The position numbers were made by a program, and so were the translations under genes. Of a stretch of 64,000 nt of DNA, positions 1 through 13,500 are shown in pieces (within the stretch, counting starts at the first letter, position 1; each line of letters begins with the position of its first letter). Source of the stretch: Bugula neritina (lineage: Eukaryota > Animalia > Bryozoa); the NCBI GenBank assembly GCA_964035545.1, contig OZ037765.1, positions 30,007,504 through 30,071,503 of the forward strand. The letters are read 5' to 3'. The notes under the pieces are model-generated. The model made no database searches. It had not been told where the DNA came from and saw only the letters and a list, made by a program, of their open reading frames with translations.

Positions 1-1588
1 GAAGCTTCAGTGAAATGATGTCAGAGCTTTCAGTTTTGACATTTGCAGCTGGTTTGATTTTTAATAAGTTTTAAGTTTCAGGTCTTGCCAATATTCAGTT
101 ATAGGAGATTGTGACAAACACTCTTCATAATTGCTTTCAAACAGCCTATTCCTTGCCTCTTTTTCCTCAAGAAAACTCTAAAAATGACTTAGGTCTTTGT
201 TTTGTGTAGTACAACATTGCCATAAGTGTAGTATTTCTCTTCTGAGGTTTAAATAATAGTAAACGTAATGCCAACAAGTTATTTGTCGATAAAATTGGAC
301 CCTTTTGTGTACATTCATGTTTGTACAGTTTAAAAACTCTCAATTTATATCATTTCTCTTAGGACTTGGTAGTTTATCCGCAATTATTTCAACATTTCAA
401 TTTCGACAACGATTTTTGGCAATAACTTGTGCTAGATGTTTGGAACCAGGAAAACATACAGTGTCCCAAGATTATGCTAATTTTTAAAGCAAGCAATTGA
501 GCATATCAAATGCAAATCATCATAATTGTCGAATGATTTTATAATTGAATGTTGAATCTTAACAACTCTGTACCTACTGGTGTGTTGGTGTAATTCTCCA
601 CAGCTGCCTTAGTTGGTATTTGTAGGACTGTAATTCTCCTGTTGGTAACACAAATAGCTGTTATAATCCTTTAATTTGCATTTTCCAATTAACTTTTTTT
701 AGATCTACATATATTGTGTAGTTTATTTGTAGGCATTAAAGAAACTGCATTGTTAACTTAGATTTGTAATTAAAGCATTAAAGTTTATTTAGCACGTTAT
801 GCAGGCACATGGAATGTAAAATCCTGTTTGAGAAAGATGGATTATAGGTGTAGCTCAGTGCATTAATGAATAATTAGAATTAAATTATTTTGCTTGTTTC
901 TAATTTGGTTTATTTTAATTTCAAAGTTAGACAAACTTGCTTTATTTGCAGTTTTTGGCAAAGAGTCAACTGTTTGTTACAGGAAAAAAAATTATTGAAT
1001 TTTATATATAATGTAGTTGACCATGAAAACTGTTGGTATTAGTTGACCATGTGCTAGTGTGAACAACTTTCTAGACAACTATTAGTAGTGGTGGTGTTGT
1101 ATTAAAGTGAAGGATAATTTCTAAAGAACATTGAGGTACACTGATACAGGTATCGATTTGTGTTCACTGGGGCATAGAGTCAAACTGACTCAAAGCTTGC
1201 TATAATACAATACCCTGCCTTTGTTAGAAATATTTGATTATTGGCACGCAATGAGCTTCAGTAGAGCGTACTAGTTGTAGTGCGTAGAAATCCACTCGTG
1301 AAATTCTAGCCTGATTAAGGCAACGGTATCTTCCCAACTACCTGGCCTTAATTTAGACGTATTGCTTGTATCACCCCAGCAGCCTCAGTCAATTAGTTAA
1401 TAATTAATTACTGGGTATAGCTGAGAATTGAAATACCATGAGGATGTACACACACTGTTGGGCTCAGTCGGGAGTGATTGATGGGGCTATCGGAGGTTAA
1501 GAAACCTGATAATCAGATTGCTAGTTTATTGCTACTCTCAGTCACAATGTTCACATGTGCTGTATGTTTTAGAAATGTGAGAGGTTAG

Positions 1589-4500
1589 ATGTCATACAAC
1601 AAAAGTATTGGCCAAAACACTGGTGGGTGGCCACAGCATGGCCATCAGCCAACCAGAACCAATGTCTGGCAGCAACCTAGCAACTACGGCAATACATCAG
1701 GGAACTTTACTAATTTTGGAGGAGCTGGTGCCCGGGACATGCCACCCCCACAACTCCCTTCTGTGTATGGGTCCAGTAGACCCCCCCAGGCTATGCACCA
1801 AGGCTCAGGTCCCCTGTCTATGGGTGCAAGAATGCATATGAATTACCCGATGATGCCGAATACACCTGTGCCTATGATGCCTGGTCACAGACAGCAAGTT
1901 CGATACAGCCTACCTCTACCTGACCAATCAGTGGCCAGGGGCGATTTCAATGCTCCTAACTCAATTCCACCACAAATAGATTTTAGTAAAAGTGCTTTTA
2001 ACAATATTCGACACCCTTTTCCTCCTTTTGGCAGCACCCAACAGGGGGAGCAGTTTGCACACGCTGACTCTAGTCAAAGAAGACCAGAAAATACTTCTGA
2101 ACTGTCTATGGATGGCAAAGGGCAGATACTAGACACCATAACAGATGCCCGGTTTAGTGAGATGGCCAGCAGGGCGCCACCAGATGATTTCTGGTCCACT
2201 ATGATGGCGTCTAAGGCTGGTCTGATAAATCAGCCGACTGTACATCAGTACCAGGCAGCTGTAAGCTCCTCTCCTGTTACAACGACTTGCTCCGTGACTA
2301 AACCCATAACTCACATACCTTCTGTGTCTTCAGACCTTGGTCCTAAGTCTATGTACAGCGGGGCTAGCAGTCACCAGCCACAAGCAGCACAAACTGTGAA
2401 GGGAGAACTTGCTAACTTTTCCGATATACCACAAGGTTTGCCTCCATCTGTGGGATTACTGCCTCTGCAAAAAATGTCCGACATTTTGAATGCTGACGAA
2501 CCTCCTTTGACCTCAAATACTGTTGACAAGGACAAACCTAAACGAAAGCGGAGAAAAAGATGCGGAGGGTGCGGGCCTTGCTTGCTGAAGGAAGATTGCG
2601 GCACGTGCTACGTCTGCAAGAATAAAGGACAAGTTAATGCCATCTGCAAGTCTAGAAAGTGCAATCTATTGCGACAAAAGGTGGGCATAAAACTGGAAGT
2701 AATAAACATTATAGTTTATAACGCAATTCTAATATCATCACAGAGTGTGTTTCATAAGTTGGTTGAGTGTGGAATTGTTCTCATTAGCAGGTATTGGATA
2801 ATGGCGGGCACGTGCGTCTGCTCCCTAAATTGTCTACACCAAACACTCAGAATAACATGCTATCAGTATCTGATAACCTCTTCAGAAAATTTGACTCGCT
2901 GGACAAGCTTAATTTAAATTCAACAAGTTTGATTGTTTTAGGATTTTACCCACAATGCATTAGCTTTCTCTCATATACTGAGTTTGAATATATTATTATA
3001 AAGTACAAGCTGAAACAGTTTTGCAGCCTTTGAGTCTGTATTTTAGGCTTCTGTGTTTCGAAAATTCTGTGACAGAATTTATATTAGAATATATTGAGTT
3101 TATTTATTTGCATTTGTCTCCCTATATAATCTCCAGGCATCAAGCTCTGACTGCCCAGCTGCCAGCGTTAGTGATGTCATACCAGTTGCTCCACCAACAG
3201 GCACTCCGGACTCCACTACAGAACAGGCAGCTCCACACATGTCCTCTATGCCTGTCCCTCGGCCACCTGGATATCCATTTATGCCGCCACCACCCAGGGT
3301 GCCCATCGTTGATCCTGAGTTTCATAACCATCAGATGCAACAGGTAACCAGCTTGCTTTACAGACTAGTGCTGTTATCCGCTCAGGTATTGGTGCATGGA
3401 AGGTTTTCTTTTGTAACTGTAAGGGCTGATGGTATTGGTGTGAAAAACACAGCTGTTATAAGTCAAATTTCATGAAGTATGTTCAGAACTATAAAAGCAG
3501 AGGTTTTTTAAGACTGGGGAAGTCTGATTGACTAAACAGTTTGGAAATCATGTATTCAGTGCCAAACAAGCACATTTGTACAAAATCAGCAGTAGCTGTA
3601 ATTTTAACAAGTGTAGCACAAAATACTCCTTATTGAATACATAATTTTTCACAAGTAGCCTACTGAAACGCATATGTTTTTTAACACAATTCAATATCTG
3701 TGGAGATGTGTTAATGTGGACACACTTTGATACTATAAGCAGAGTTGTGAGTACTAGTGAGTCCTACTCTGTAGCCATGTGACTGTCACTGGATGATTGA
3801 GGTCTGCATGTATGTTTAGTGGTTAATTTGTGTGACTGGAGCACTTGAGGTTAACAATGCTCACTTTTTGTAGCGGTTGGTAACAATAGCCTAGCCTTGG
3901 TAGTTTCTTTTGGTTACTCTCCACCTTATCAACTCTTTGAAAGATAAGAGCCTCACTTGTAGCTGGCCTATAGCCTGTTTTACTTCATATTAGTTTCACC
4001 GGAACCTTCTACTCCCCCAATATTATTGGGTTGTATTGGACAGAGTTGAATGAAAAATATGCAGGAGAAAGCTTTTAAGTTTCAACTATCCAACTACTTA
4101 AACTATGTGCTCCTAGTTACTGTACTAGTTGCTAGTTACTATACTAGTTGCTAGTTACTCTACTAGTTGCTAGTTACTGTGTTAGTTGCTAGTTGCTTTA
4201 CTAGTTGCTGGTTACTATACTAGTTGCTAGTTGCTCTACTAGTTGCTGGTTACTATACTAGTTGCTAGTTACTGTGCTAGTTGTTGGTTTATCGCACCCC
4301 AGGCCATGTCAATCTAGGTTGTAAAGTGTCACACAGTTATGTAATTTAATGGCAAAATTATTTATCTAAATTCTAGACCTATAAAATGAACTAGCGCAAC
4401 AGTTCCTCACCTATTAAAGTACAAACTATGATATCTAATTTATATAGTTTAATTTATAAAGTTGAACAGATTAATTTATGATTATATTTGTTGGCTGAAC

Positions 4501-7500
4501 TAAAATATAGCCACACATCAATTTGATAAACTACTAGTTGAATTGAACTTCAACTTCTAAATTGGGATATTAGTCACGCCTGCGTATATGTTCATAGTAG
4601 AGGCCTATGCCCTGCACTAATTCACTCTCAGACTACCCCCATAATTCCTCTCAACATTTCACACTGGCACTGGAGGCACACTTGACCACTGAATATCCAG
4701 TATTGCAACGCAACACGAAATTCTATAATTCCTCTTTCAGTGATAGTTGCGGTTGCTTAACTATGACAAACCCCAAGCCTGATTTGTCATGCAATGTCAC
4801 TGGCTCTAGTCACGTATTATTTTACTATTACGTAACATTTGATAGGAAACCTTGAAGAATGCATTGGATACCTATGCTAGGGTGTGATGGCTCGCATACT
4901 TTATAGTGTTACATCAAAATGATCAGCAATATAAAATTTTAAATGTAGCTTTCTGAACTGTTTTGATAAATGAACTGTTGAATTAGTGTAGCTGGCCAAT
5001 GCTTGCTTGTGTAGAATATAGTGATTGTGGTAATAGTAGATAAAAGCTACAGATTGCCTTTGTCGTGACTCAATAGATATAGCTTGGGTACAGCTGTCTT
5101 TGTTCTTTGCTTTTCTCCATAGTTAACCTTTTAGATATCTGTTCATTGTCTTACAGATGTTTATGTTTAGTGTACTGATACTGGAAAATTGAGCTTTTGT
5201 AAAATTCAAATACTGATAATTACGTGGGTTACGTGTTGCTGGGCATTGGAACTTTTGCCTAAGGTCTAAACCTCAGTTATTTTCAAATTGATATAAATTG
5301 AAGTATTTTGTCAACTTTTGTGATGTACTGTTTATACTAACTCTCTTCTAAGCTCTAACCTAACCGTTCTAGAAATTCTGTGACATAAATATTAATTATA
5401 AATATTGATGCTTTCTGTCTTTAGCAGTAGGATATACTTATGTATTATTGTAATGTTGTGTTATCACTACCTTGTGTCTAACATTACTTGTTTTAATGGT
5501 ATGTTATGAGTTATCACTAAACCATTATTTAGTACCAAGTTGTATGTTAGCTTGACACCTGTTCAACCTACTTTCCACAAGTGTATGTCTCGTCTAGGTT
5601 AAGGGCCGCAGTTCAATAATGAATCTTGCATTAAATGCAAATTATTATTGATTGAACGCCTGCTATTGGTTGCAGAGTCAAGTATGAAAATTCTAAACAA
5701 AATTTGCATTATCAACATAAGATATGTCTAACGGCTTCCACCCTCTTTCACTGGATGCAAAATTTAAACTTGATCTTTAACAGCGCTAACATGATATTGG
5801 CTTCAGTTATAGGCTCCGTTTTCATTTTTGAGACTGTGATCTCTGTATATTGTAGAGAGGGGTCTTTCAACCCCCTTCCTATATTCCTACTTCTGTCCTC
5901 CAGTCTCCTATACATCGTGATACCGCAGTACATTCCAACTCTGACATCACTTCCTTCAACGCCATGCCAGCAAAGGGCTCTGGCAGACCGAGGGGGACTC
6001 AAAATGCACATTTGAATGTCCCTTGGGCCAACCCATCGTCCATGGCGTCAGGGTGGGCTAAAAGTAAACAGTCTGCAAGGACTAGTGTGGCTCCGTCTAA
6101 GCGAGACGACCTCTACTTGACCTTCAAAGACGACATGCAGAAGATGGAAGAACGAACGTATTTCAGAGCCAATGGGGTGAAGGTTTGCAAGGTAAGCCAA
6201 TGGGGTGAAGGGTTGCAAGGTAAGCCAATGGGGTGAAGGGTTGCAAGGTGAGTGAGTGCATGCTCCGTGGTTGTTGCTGAGCATTCTTGTGGCCGATTGC
6301 CGAGAGATTCTCTCTAATGAATGAAAATAATTACTCAAACCTATAGCGGCTCTTGAGCCATCAGCTGATCGAGTTGTTACGCCACACGTCACTCCCACCA
6401 CCGCTGGTCTCAAAATAGCTCTGTTTACTAACATGACCTGTTTAAAGTGCTCTGATGCTATTGGCTGATTGCTTACTATCGACTAGGACGTTACTCACGC
6501 TGCTCACTGCGCTAGTGGTCAATTTTTAGAAACATTTTATTGTTGCATTGTACTTGGCTTACGACCAAGGAGCGAGTATTCAGTGATGTGACGTCATGGC
6601 TAGTTGGCAATTAGCGGCTGTCAGTTCCAATCAGGAACAAGTCTGCGGACATTCCGGAATGTTCCGCCTAAAGAATTTTAAAGATCTATTTTGTTCCAAT
6701 ACCCATAGTGCATTGCTTTCTTAGTTCCTGAATATAAGAAGTACTTATACCTGAATTTTGCAACGAGTAAAATAATGACTAAAAGGTATCTAAAGTGCAA
6801 ATGGTAATATTTCCAATATGGCGGAGAAATGTTGCATTTTCAAGCTGGATTTATTTGCTCCATATTTCAGCTCATGTCCAAACTCCTTGCTCTGAATATT
6901 TCCGACGAAGAACTGAGGTCAAGTCAACCGCCTAAGCCAACAGAGGGAAGTTGGATGCATTTTATGCGAGATACCACTGATGCAGAGGTTCCTCCGAAGA
7001 CTATGGCGCCTCCTACCATCGAGATGGACACCTCCGAAGGTGTATCAGCTATGGCTAAAGAAAAGGTCATTGTACCTCAGGAGGTAATCCTTCACTGTGT
7101 AATAATTTAATAATGAAATTAATAGGTAATTTATAATGCTATTAAACTTGCATTCATTTCTTGCTGGAATAATCCAGGAAAGGAATTGCTTGGACAATAA
7201 TTTGAATTCCCAACCTACATGTTGACTACTTCTGTTTGTATGTAGGTAGTTTCTCACAGGATATCCGACCCTGAGGCATCTAATTCACAGGGGACCACCT
7301 CAGATGTAGAAGGTAAGAATCCATTTCTCTTGTATTTTTTTATTAATTCAAAGTAAAAATGACACAATGAGTTGTGAAAGTAGGTGCAGTAATGGAGAAA
7401 TTGGAAATAAGCCTGTGTTCTAGATTATAAATTTAGCAAAAGAAGTTATGTTCTCTCAAGAATTTTAGCCCGAGCTCCAAACCAAAATTTATAAAAATGA

Positions 7501-10500
7501 AAGTTTAAAAACTTAGGCTATCTCAACTCTCTACTTCTGCATTTAAAATTGAGTTGCAACAAGGATAAAAGAATTTTATAACAGTTACTTTTATAGATAT
7601 TTAACATTCGTTGATCTTGTTTGAAGCAGATATTGGACAGACGGTAGACAAGCAGACGGCAGATAGTGGTTTCTCATCGTCCAGCCCGGCGGATCAACCC
7701 AGTCCCTCCCCTAAAACTATGTTTGATGTGCCAGCCACTCAGGCTACTGTGTCAAGGTCATCCACCACTGAAGGCAGAGAATCTGTTGCCACTAAAACAG
7801 GAAATGATGTATCCACGGAATCTACAGAACCTAAGCAGATGCTAGTTTCTGGTTCTTCTTGCACTCAGCCTGCACCATCGACGCAAGGCCAAAGTCGGGA
7901 AGAGTGTGCTCTCGATCTCTCCGCCAATTCTACCTCATTTCCCCGGGATTCACCTGTCAGCCTTGCTTCCTTTTCACAATCCACTACCACGAAACCTCTA
8001 ACTCAATTTACCTCTCTGAGACAACCCCAGTTCGGTTCTAATCAGCAACACGACAGCGTTGTCTCGTCCGTAAACAATCTAATCAGCTCTTTAGCGGCTC
8101 AAGTTGTCGGCCATGACGCTTTGTCATCCAGCTTTGCTATGGACGCTGAATCTATCAAATCGGAAACTCCTCAGGAATTTGATTTGTCGTATCATCTTAA
8201 GCATAACAAAGTAGCAGAGCCTCCAAAGTGCGGGTGTATAAACAGACCATGTGAGTAAATAGCTACGTATAAAGTGTGTTGACTGTTGTGTCACTACATG
8301 CACAGAGTGTTGAATGTTGTATCACTACATGCACAGTGTGTTGAATGTTGTATCACTACATGCACAGAGTGTTGACTGTTGTGTTACTACATGCACAGTG
8401 TGTTGACTGTTGTGTCACTACATGCACAGAGTGTTGACTGTTGTGTCACTACATGCACAGAGTGTTGACTGTTGTGTCACTACATGCACAGAGTGTTGAC
8501 TGTTGTGTCACTACATGCACAGAGTGTTGACTGTTGTGTCACTACATGCACAGTGTGTTGACTGTTGTGTCACTACATGCACAGTGTAATGGCTGTTGTG
8601 TCACTACATGCACAGTGTGTTGACTGTTGTGTCACTACATGCACAGAGTGTTGACTGTTGTGTCACTACATGCACAGAGTGTTGACTGTTGTGTCACTAC
8701 ATGCACAGAGTGTTGACTGTTGTGTCACTACATGCACAGTGTAATGGCTCTAACTAATTAACATAGAGCCTGCTTTCTAAGTAATATTACTAATTACTTC
8801 TTTTCTGGCTCCATCAGTCTCATTAATATCAAGAAGTTGTGTAATCTTTTTATATGTCCAGTTGATGGGCTTTTTGATAGGGTCCTTAATAATGGTGAGG
8901 TTTTGTCCATTTGCCTTCATTTCTATGTTATTGAATAAGTATATAGCTTCATATGATCTCTCTTTATACTCATTGTGATAACAAATTTTCTAGACAACGA
9001 AGACATCGAGGGGCCATACTACATCCACCTTGGAGCAGGCAACACCATCCAGGCTATCAGAGAAACCATAGAGACCAGGTCTGTATACTATTCTCTCAAT
9101 TCTTTGAATTTAATTAAAAAACAATGTTTTTTGTTCAGTTTGTCTAAGTTTTTGATTCACTTTGTGAATGGTAAGGGGGGGGAAGGGGGTATTTGATATT
9201 AGTTTGCAGCTCTGTGTAGCACAGATACTTTGTTAATATCATGTAAAGTTCGGACAGACTAATTGGTCTTGTATAAGAAAGACAAACTGCCATATGGACC
9301 AATGCATGCATGACTTTTGCTGTCTTAATGTGTGAGAAAGATACAAAAATGATTTAATTGGCCACCGAGGATGTTAAATGGGTGAACTTTGACGAATCAG
9401 ATGTCTGTTTATATTTAGCCCACACCTAATTTATTTTTAATTACAAATTTCCATTGTTTTGCCAATATATGGCGAGATTTTGCTACCAATTCTAAGCAGT
9501 CTGTAGTCTTCTAGAATGTTCTTAGCTCAGCTATGCAAATATTCTACTCAAGTTGGTGGACATCAAACATAATTACCAACTTTCAATGCCTCAAGATTGG
9601 TGATAAATCAGATGCCAGTAGATTGGTTGCTATGGCAACATAGATTTTAATGTAGGTAAAGCATGGGTGATGGTTGATCACCAGATTGTATCAATCAGTT
9701 TCGAAATGTCCACTCGTTTTATCTGTGTAATGTAGCACGTATATACAACGACTGTGTAGCACTAGCAGTGTAGTAACGTGATATGCTCCATTGATACTAT
9801 AGTTAGTATTAGTAGTACTGATTTTGCGTACGTGACCTCTGCTGTTATATTATACAATAGAATATGCTGGCACAATGCTAATGGCTTGTTGAATGCTTCC
9901 TACTCGATATCAACTCTAGTCATCTGTGTGTTTACTTCAAGCATAGTTCTGGCTGTAGTATGGAAGAAGTGTTAACTTTCTACTCCGGTTGTTAAGTCTG
10001 TAATTGAGTGTAGGTTGGCAGAGTTTAACCTGGTGTTTGATATATTATGTTGCCACAATAGAAAGCAAGTCCTTAGCCCTCTTAGGGCAACCTTTCTACC
10101 AGGGGTTTTCACAGGGTTGGTGACTGTAAACCCACAGTAGTTTTACTGGATGTATATTGTAGAACTGGACTAATTGGAACTGCTGTTAGAATTGAAAAGG
10201 TCAGGTACACAAGTAAGGAAGGCAGGACATCGCAAGGCTGCCCAGCAGCTAAATGGGTATGTTGTTAGTATTGCTATTATTATATGTATATAAGCTGCAC
10301 ATGTGAAAATATCCATTACCAGTTTTACTATGAACTAACTCTAGGAAAACAATTCCAAAGCCTAAAATCAAGTTACAGTTATTCTAGTAAACTTGACGCT
10401 AGCAACACAGCCACTACAACTTACTATCTACGTATGTGTATGCTTAGTCAATGTTACTCTGTATATGTTTGTAACCGCATCACACCATCTCTACAGATAC

Positions 10501-13500
10501 TCAGAAGGTCTGGTTTAGAGGAAAAGGTTCTGGTAGTCACTAAGCACAGACCTGGTCACTACTGTCCTACGGCGTGGATCATAATAGCCATAGTTATGTG
10601 GGACGGGGTGCCAGGGAACGCCGCCAACCATATGTATGACTATCTCACTAGAGTTCTACCAGTCTATGGCTATGAGACTGAACGACGGTGTGGCACAAAT
10701 CAGCCGTAAGTTGTACTCTCCTATATCACGTGGTTATAGCGTTGCACCTGCTCGGTGTTTGTAAAGATGCAGTAGAAGTAGGTTCGCTCATACCACGAAC
10801 TGGGAAATTCCCACTCAGTTATGTTTGCGGTGCATTGTGGTTGGACTTTGCACTATGGGCAGTGTGCCAAAAGCGGTGTAATACCGTTAGGTGTTTCTCG
10901 AAGTCTCATCTGTAGGGGAAAGCTCTAGCTGAGGACTTCCGTTAGTTTTGAGATATAATAATGAACCGTTTGTCAGATATACATGGTAACGTGTTATAAA
11001 TAGTAACGGTGATGTCACGTTATAAATAATATATATAAGGAATGCAACTATTGGTTTAGGTGTCCGACGGTAGCAAAAGTACGCATCTCTAATTTATTTT
11101 TATAAATTGTACATGTTATAAAAAAGCAGTTTGAAATAACGCTTGTGTTGGCATATATTGTATATCTGGTGAACGTTTGGACAAGTTAAAAATATGCTGT
11201 GGAAATCTGTTAAATTTCCCGTTGGCTCATGCAGTTGAAAACGGAATAATTGGACTTGTTATTTTATCCAGCAAAAAGTACCATAATATGTTTGTTGGAT
11301 GCTGATGGCTTTAAGTAAAACTTGTAATTTATGTGCATAGTGCTGTGGAATTGCTAGGGTTTTATCCCATGTAGTTTTGAACTAGGAGGAAGATTTTATA
11401 TGCTGTTGGTTATTTGCTGTTGTTTATTTCCTACGGGATAATATTCAGTGTGCTAACATTGTGTGGGTGGGTTGTGTAAAGCTTAGAGTACTACGACTTC
11501 ATTGTGTAGGCAGGCATCGTGAAATGTACCGGACAATTTGGCATTCCTTTCGTGTGTAAAACCACAGTTGTGGTGAATAATTGTGTCTCGTGCAATGACC
11601 TATATATTCTGAATTGACCTAGATCTTTTGTATTCAGTGAGTGAGCGGCTCTCTCCATCAGCTGTGTCTGTTTTCAGTTCAAGTGCTGATTTCAGATTTC
11701 TAGTCTTTAGACATTTAGACTTATTAAACTAAATCATTAATTAACTAAAATCAAAATATTCTGATTATAATGTATTTGCAACTTCAAGTTTATGCATAAC
11801 CACATAATTGCCAGTTGTTTTTCCAACGAATGAAGTTAAACTAGCAAAAATATAACTTCATTTCTTTCGTTTCAAGTTTTCTAAAAAATGTTTTCATATT
11901 CGATTTCAATATCCTGTTTTCTTGCAGACGTGACTGCGCGTGTCAAGGTTGGGACACAAACAGGAAAGGAGCCTCTTTCTCATTTGGATGCTCGTGGAGT
12001 GTGTACTATAATGGCTGTAAGTTTGCCCGATCTCAATACCCGAGGAAGTTCAGACTGAGAGCCGAGTGTTTCGAAGGTTCGATAGAGAGCAAGTTCCAGG
12101 CGCTGGGCCAGTACTTGGCCCCGCTCTACAAACAACTGGCCCCGATGTCCTATGGCGCCCAGGTAGGTTCTTACTCGTGATCACATGACTGGTCACATGA
12201 CTGGTCACATGGCATTTGATGGCAATTATTTGGTTGTTGGTTGAGGATTTTAAGCAGGAACAGGATTTGTGGCTGTTATGTGTGTGTTTTGTGTTGTTAG
12301 CGGTGTTATGAGTACATCTGAACTATGAGTAGTTGAAGTTTTGCCAAATGCCTTTAGTTTGGAGTTGTGCCATAATTGGATATCCTGGTTTTGGCTGTTA
12401 TATATTTCTGCTCTGAAGCGAACTTGTTGCATTTACTTCTGGAATTCTTACAGCCAAAACTCTCCAAATTATTTCCTATATTATATGTTGACCAGTGACT
12501 AGCAGATTTGGTTTTAATTGCTGCACCAGCAATGCAAATGTGGTTTTACATGCAAAGCATGCAGAAATTTTAACCATATTAAATGGGTCTTGAAGAATAA
12601 TTATGCAGACTACAATTCAATAAACACATAACTTGTGGTTTGGAATGGAACCTGTTTATCTGGTCCTTCAGTCAAGGTCAGACGCAGATTATTTGTTGTC
12701 TGGAATTCAGCTCAGTCCACTACCTGTAGCCTACTCAGTTCGACATATTTGTTAGTCATAATCCTCATCATTCTGCAGAGAGTGGAATGGGTTGGTAGAC
12801 TGCCCCCCCTCATATTGTTAGCATAAGTCATCCACAACACATGGTCTACTTTAAGTTTTCTCACTAAACCAGGCCTCTTCTGGGATTCTTTCTTGTTCCA
12901 TGAGTCAAGAGATTTTGAGTTCAATTGGTTTATTTTATTCATTCAACTTTACTATAACATCACAGTTCATTATGTTTTGGTTTCCCTGCACATCACAGGT
13001 GAAGTACGAGGGTAGAGCAGGGGACTGCAGGATTGGCTTCAGAACTGGTCGGCCATTCTCTGGGTGTACAGCTACAGTGGACTTCTGCGCCCACCAGCAC
13101 CGAGACACTCATAATATGAATAACGGCTGCACTGTGGTGAGTCAACTGTAGTCTTTAGTATCAGTAATAGTTAGTAATAGTCTTTGAGTTGCTAATTTAA
13201 GGGTGATATTAGTAGTAGCAGCAGTAGTAATAGTTTTAATACTTGTTTTTACTATAGTATTAGTAGTATTATTAGTAGTAAGAATAGTAGTAATAGTAGT
13301 ACTAATAGTGGTAGTAGTAGTAGTAGTAGTAGTATTATTACACTGGTATTAGTAGAAGTAGTAGTAGTAACAGTAGTTAGTAGTAGCACCATATTTGTTG
13401 TAGTTGTTTGCTCCCTTGTAAAGTCTTTTGTTAATTTTAAGTTATATTCACTAATGTTTTATTGAAGTGTAGTTACACAAGGGGAAATATCAACTTTCAA

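Noticed and set aside
1250-1530. Possible degenerate SINE upstream of the first TET coding exon
   Set aside because: Only a vague A-box and central-domain resemblance, with no clear B box and no second copy in the window.
5704-6434. ORFs 5704-6015(+), 5748-6011(-) and 6048-6434(-) as a nested gene or transposon
   Set aside because: No domain motifs or splice support. The + frame from 5964 with a phase-matched donor explains the region better.
8274-8741. CRISPR-like 31-bp periodicity
   Set aside because: Units are head-to-tail with no unique spacers, there are no cas genes, and it lies in a eukaryotic intron.
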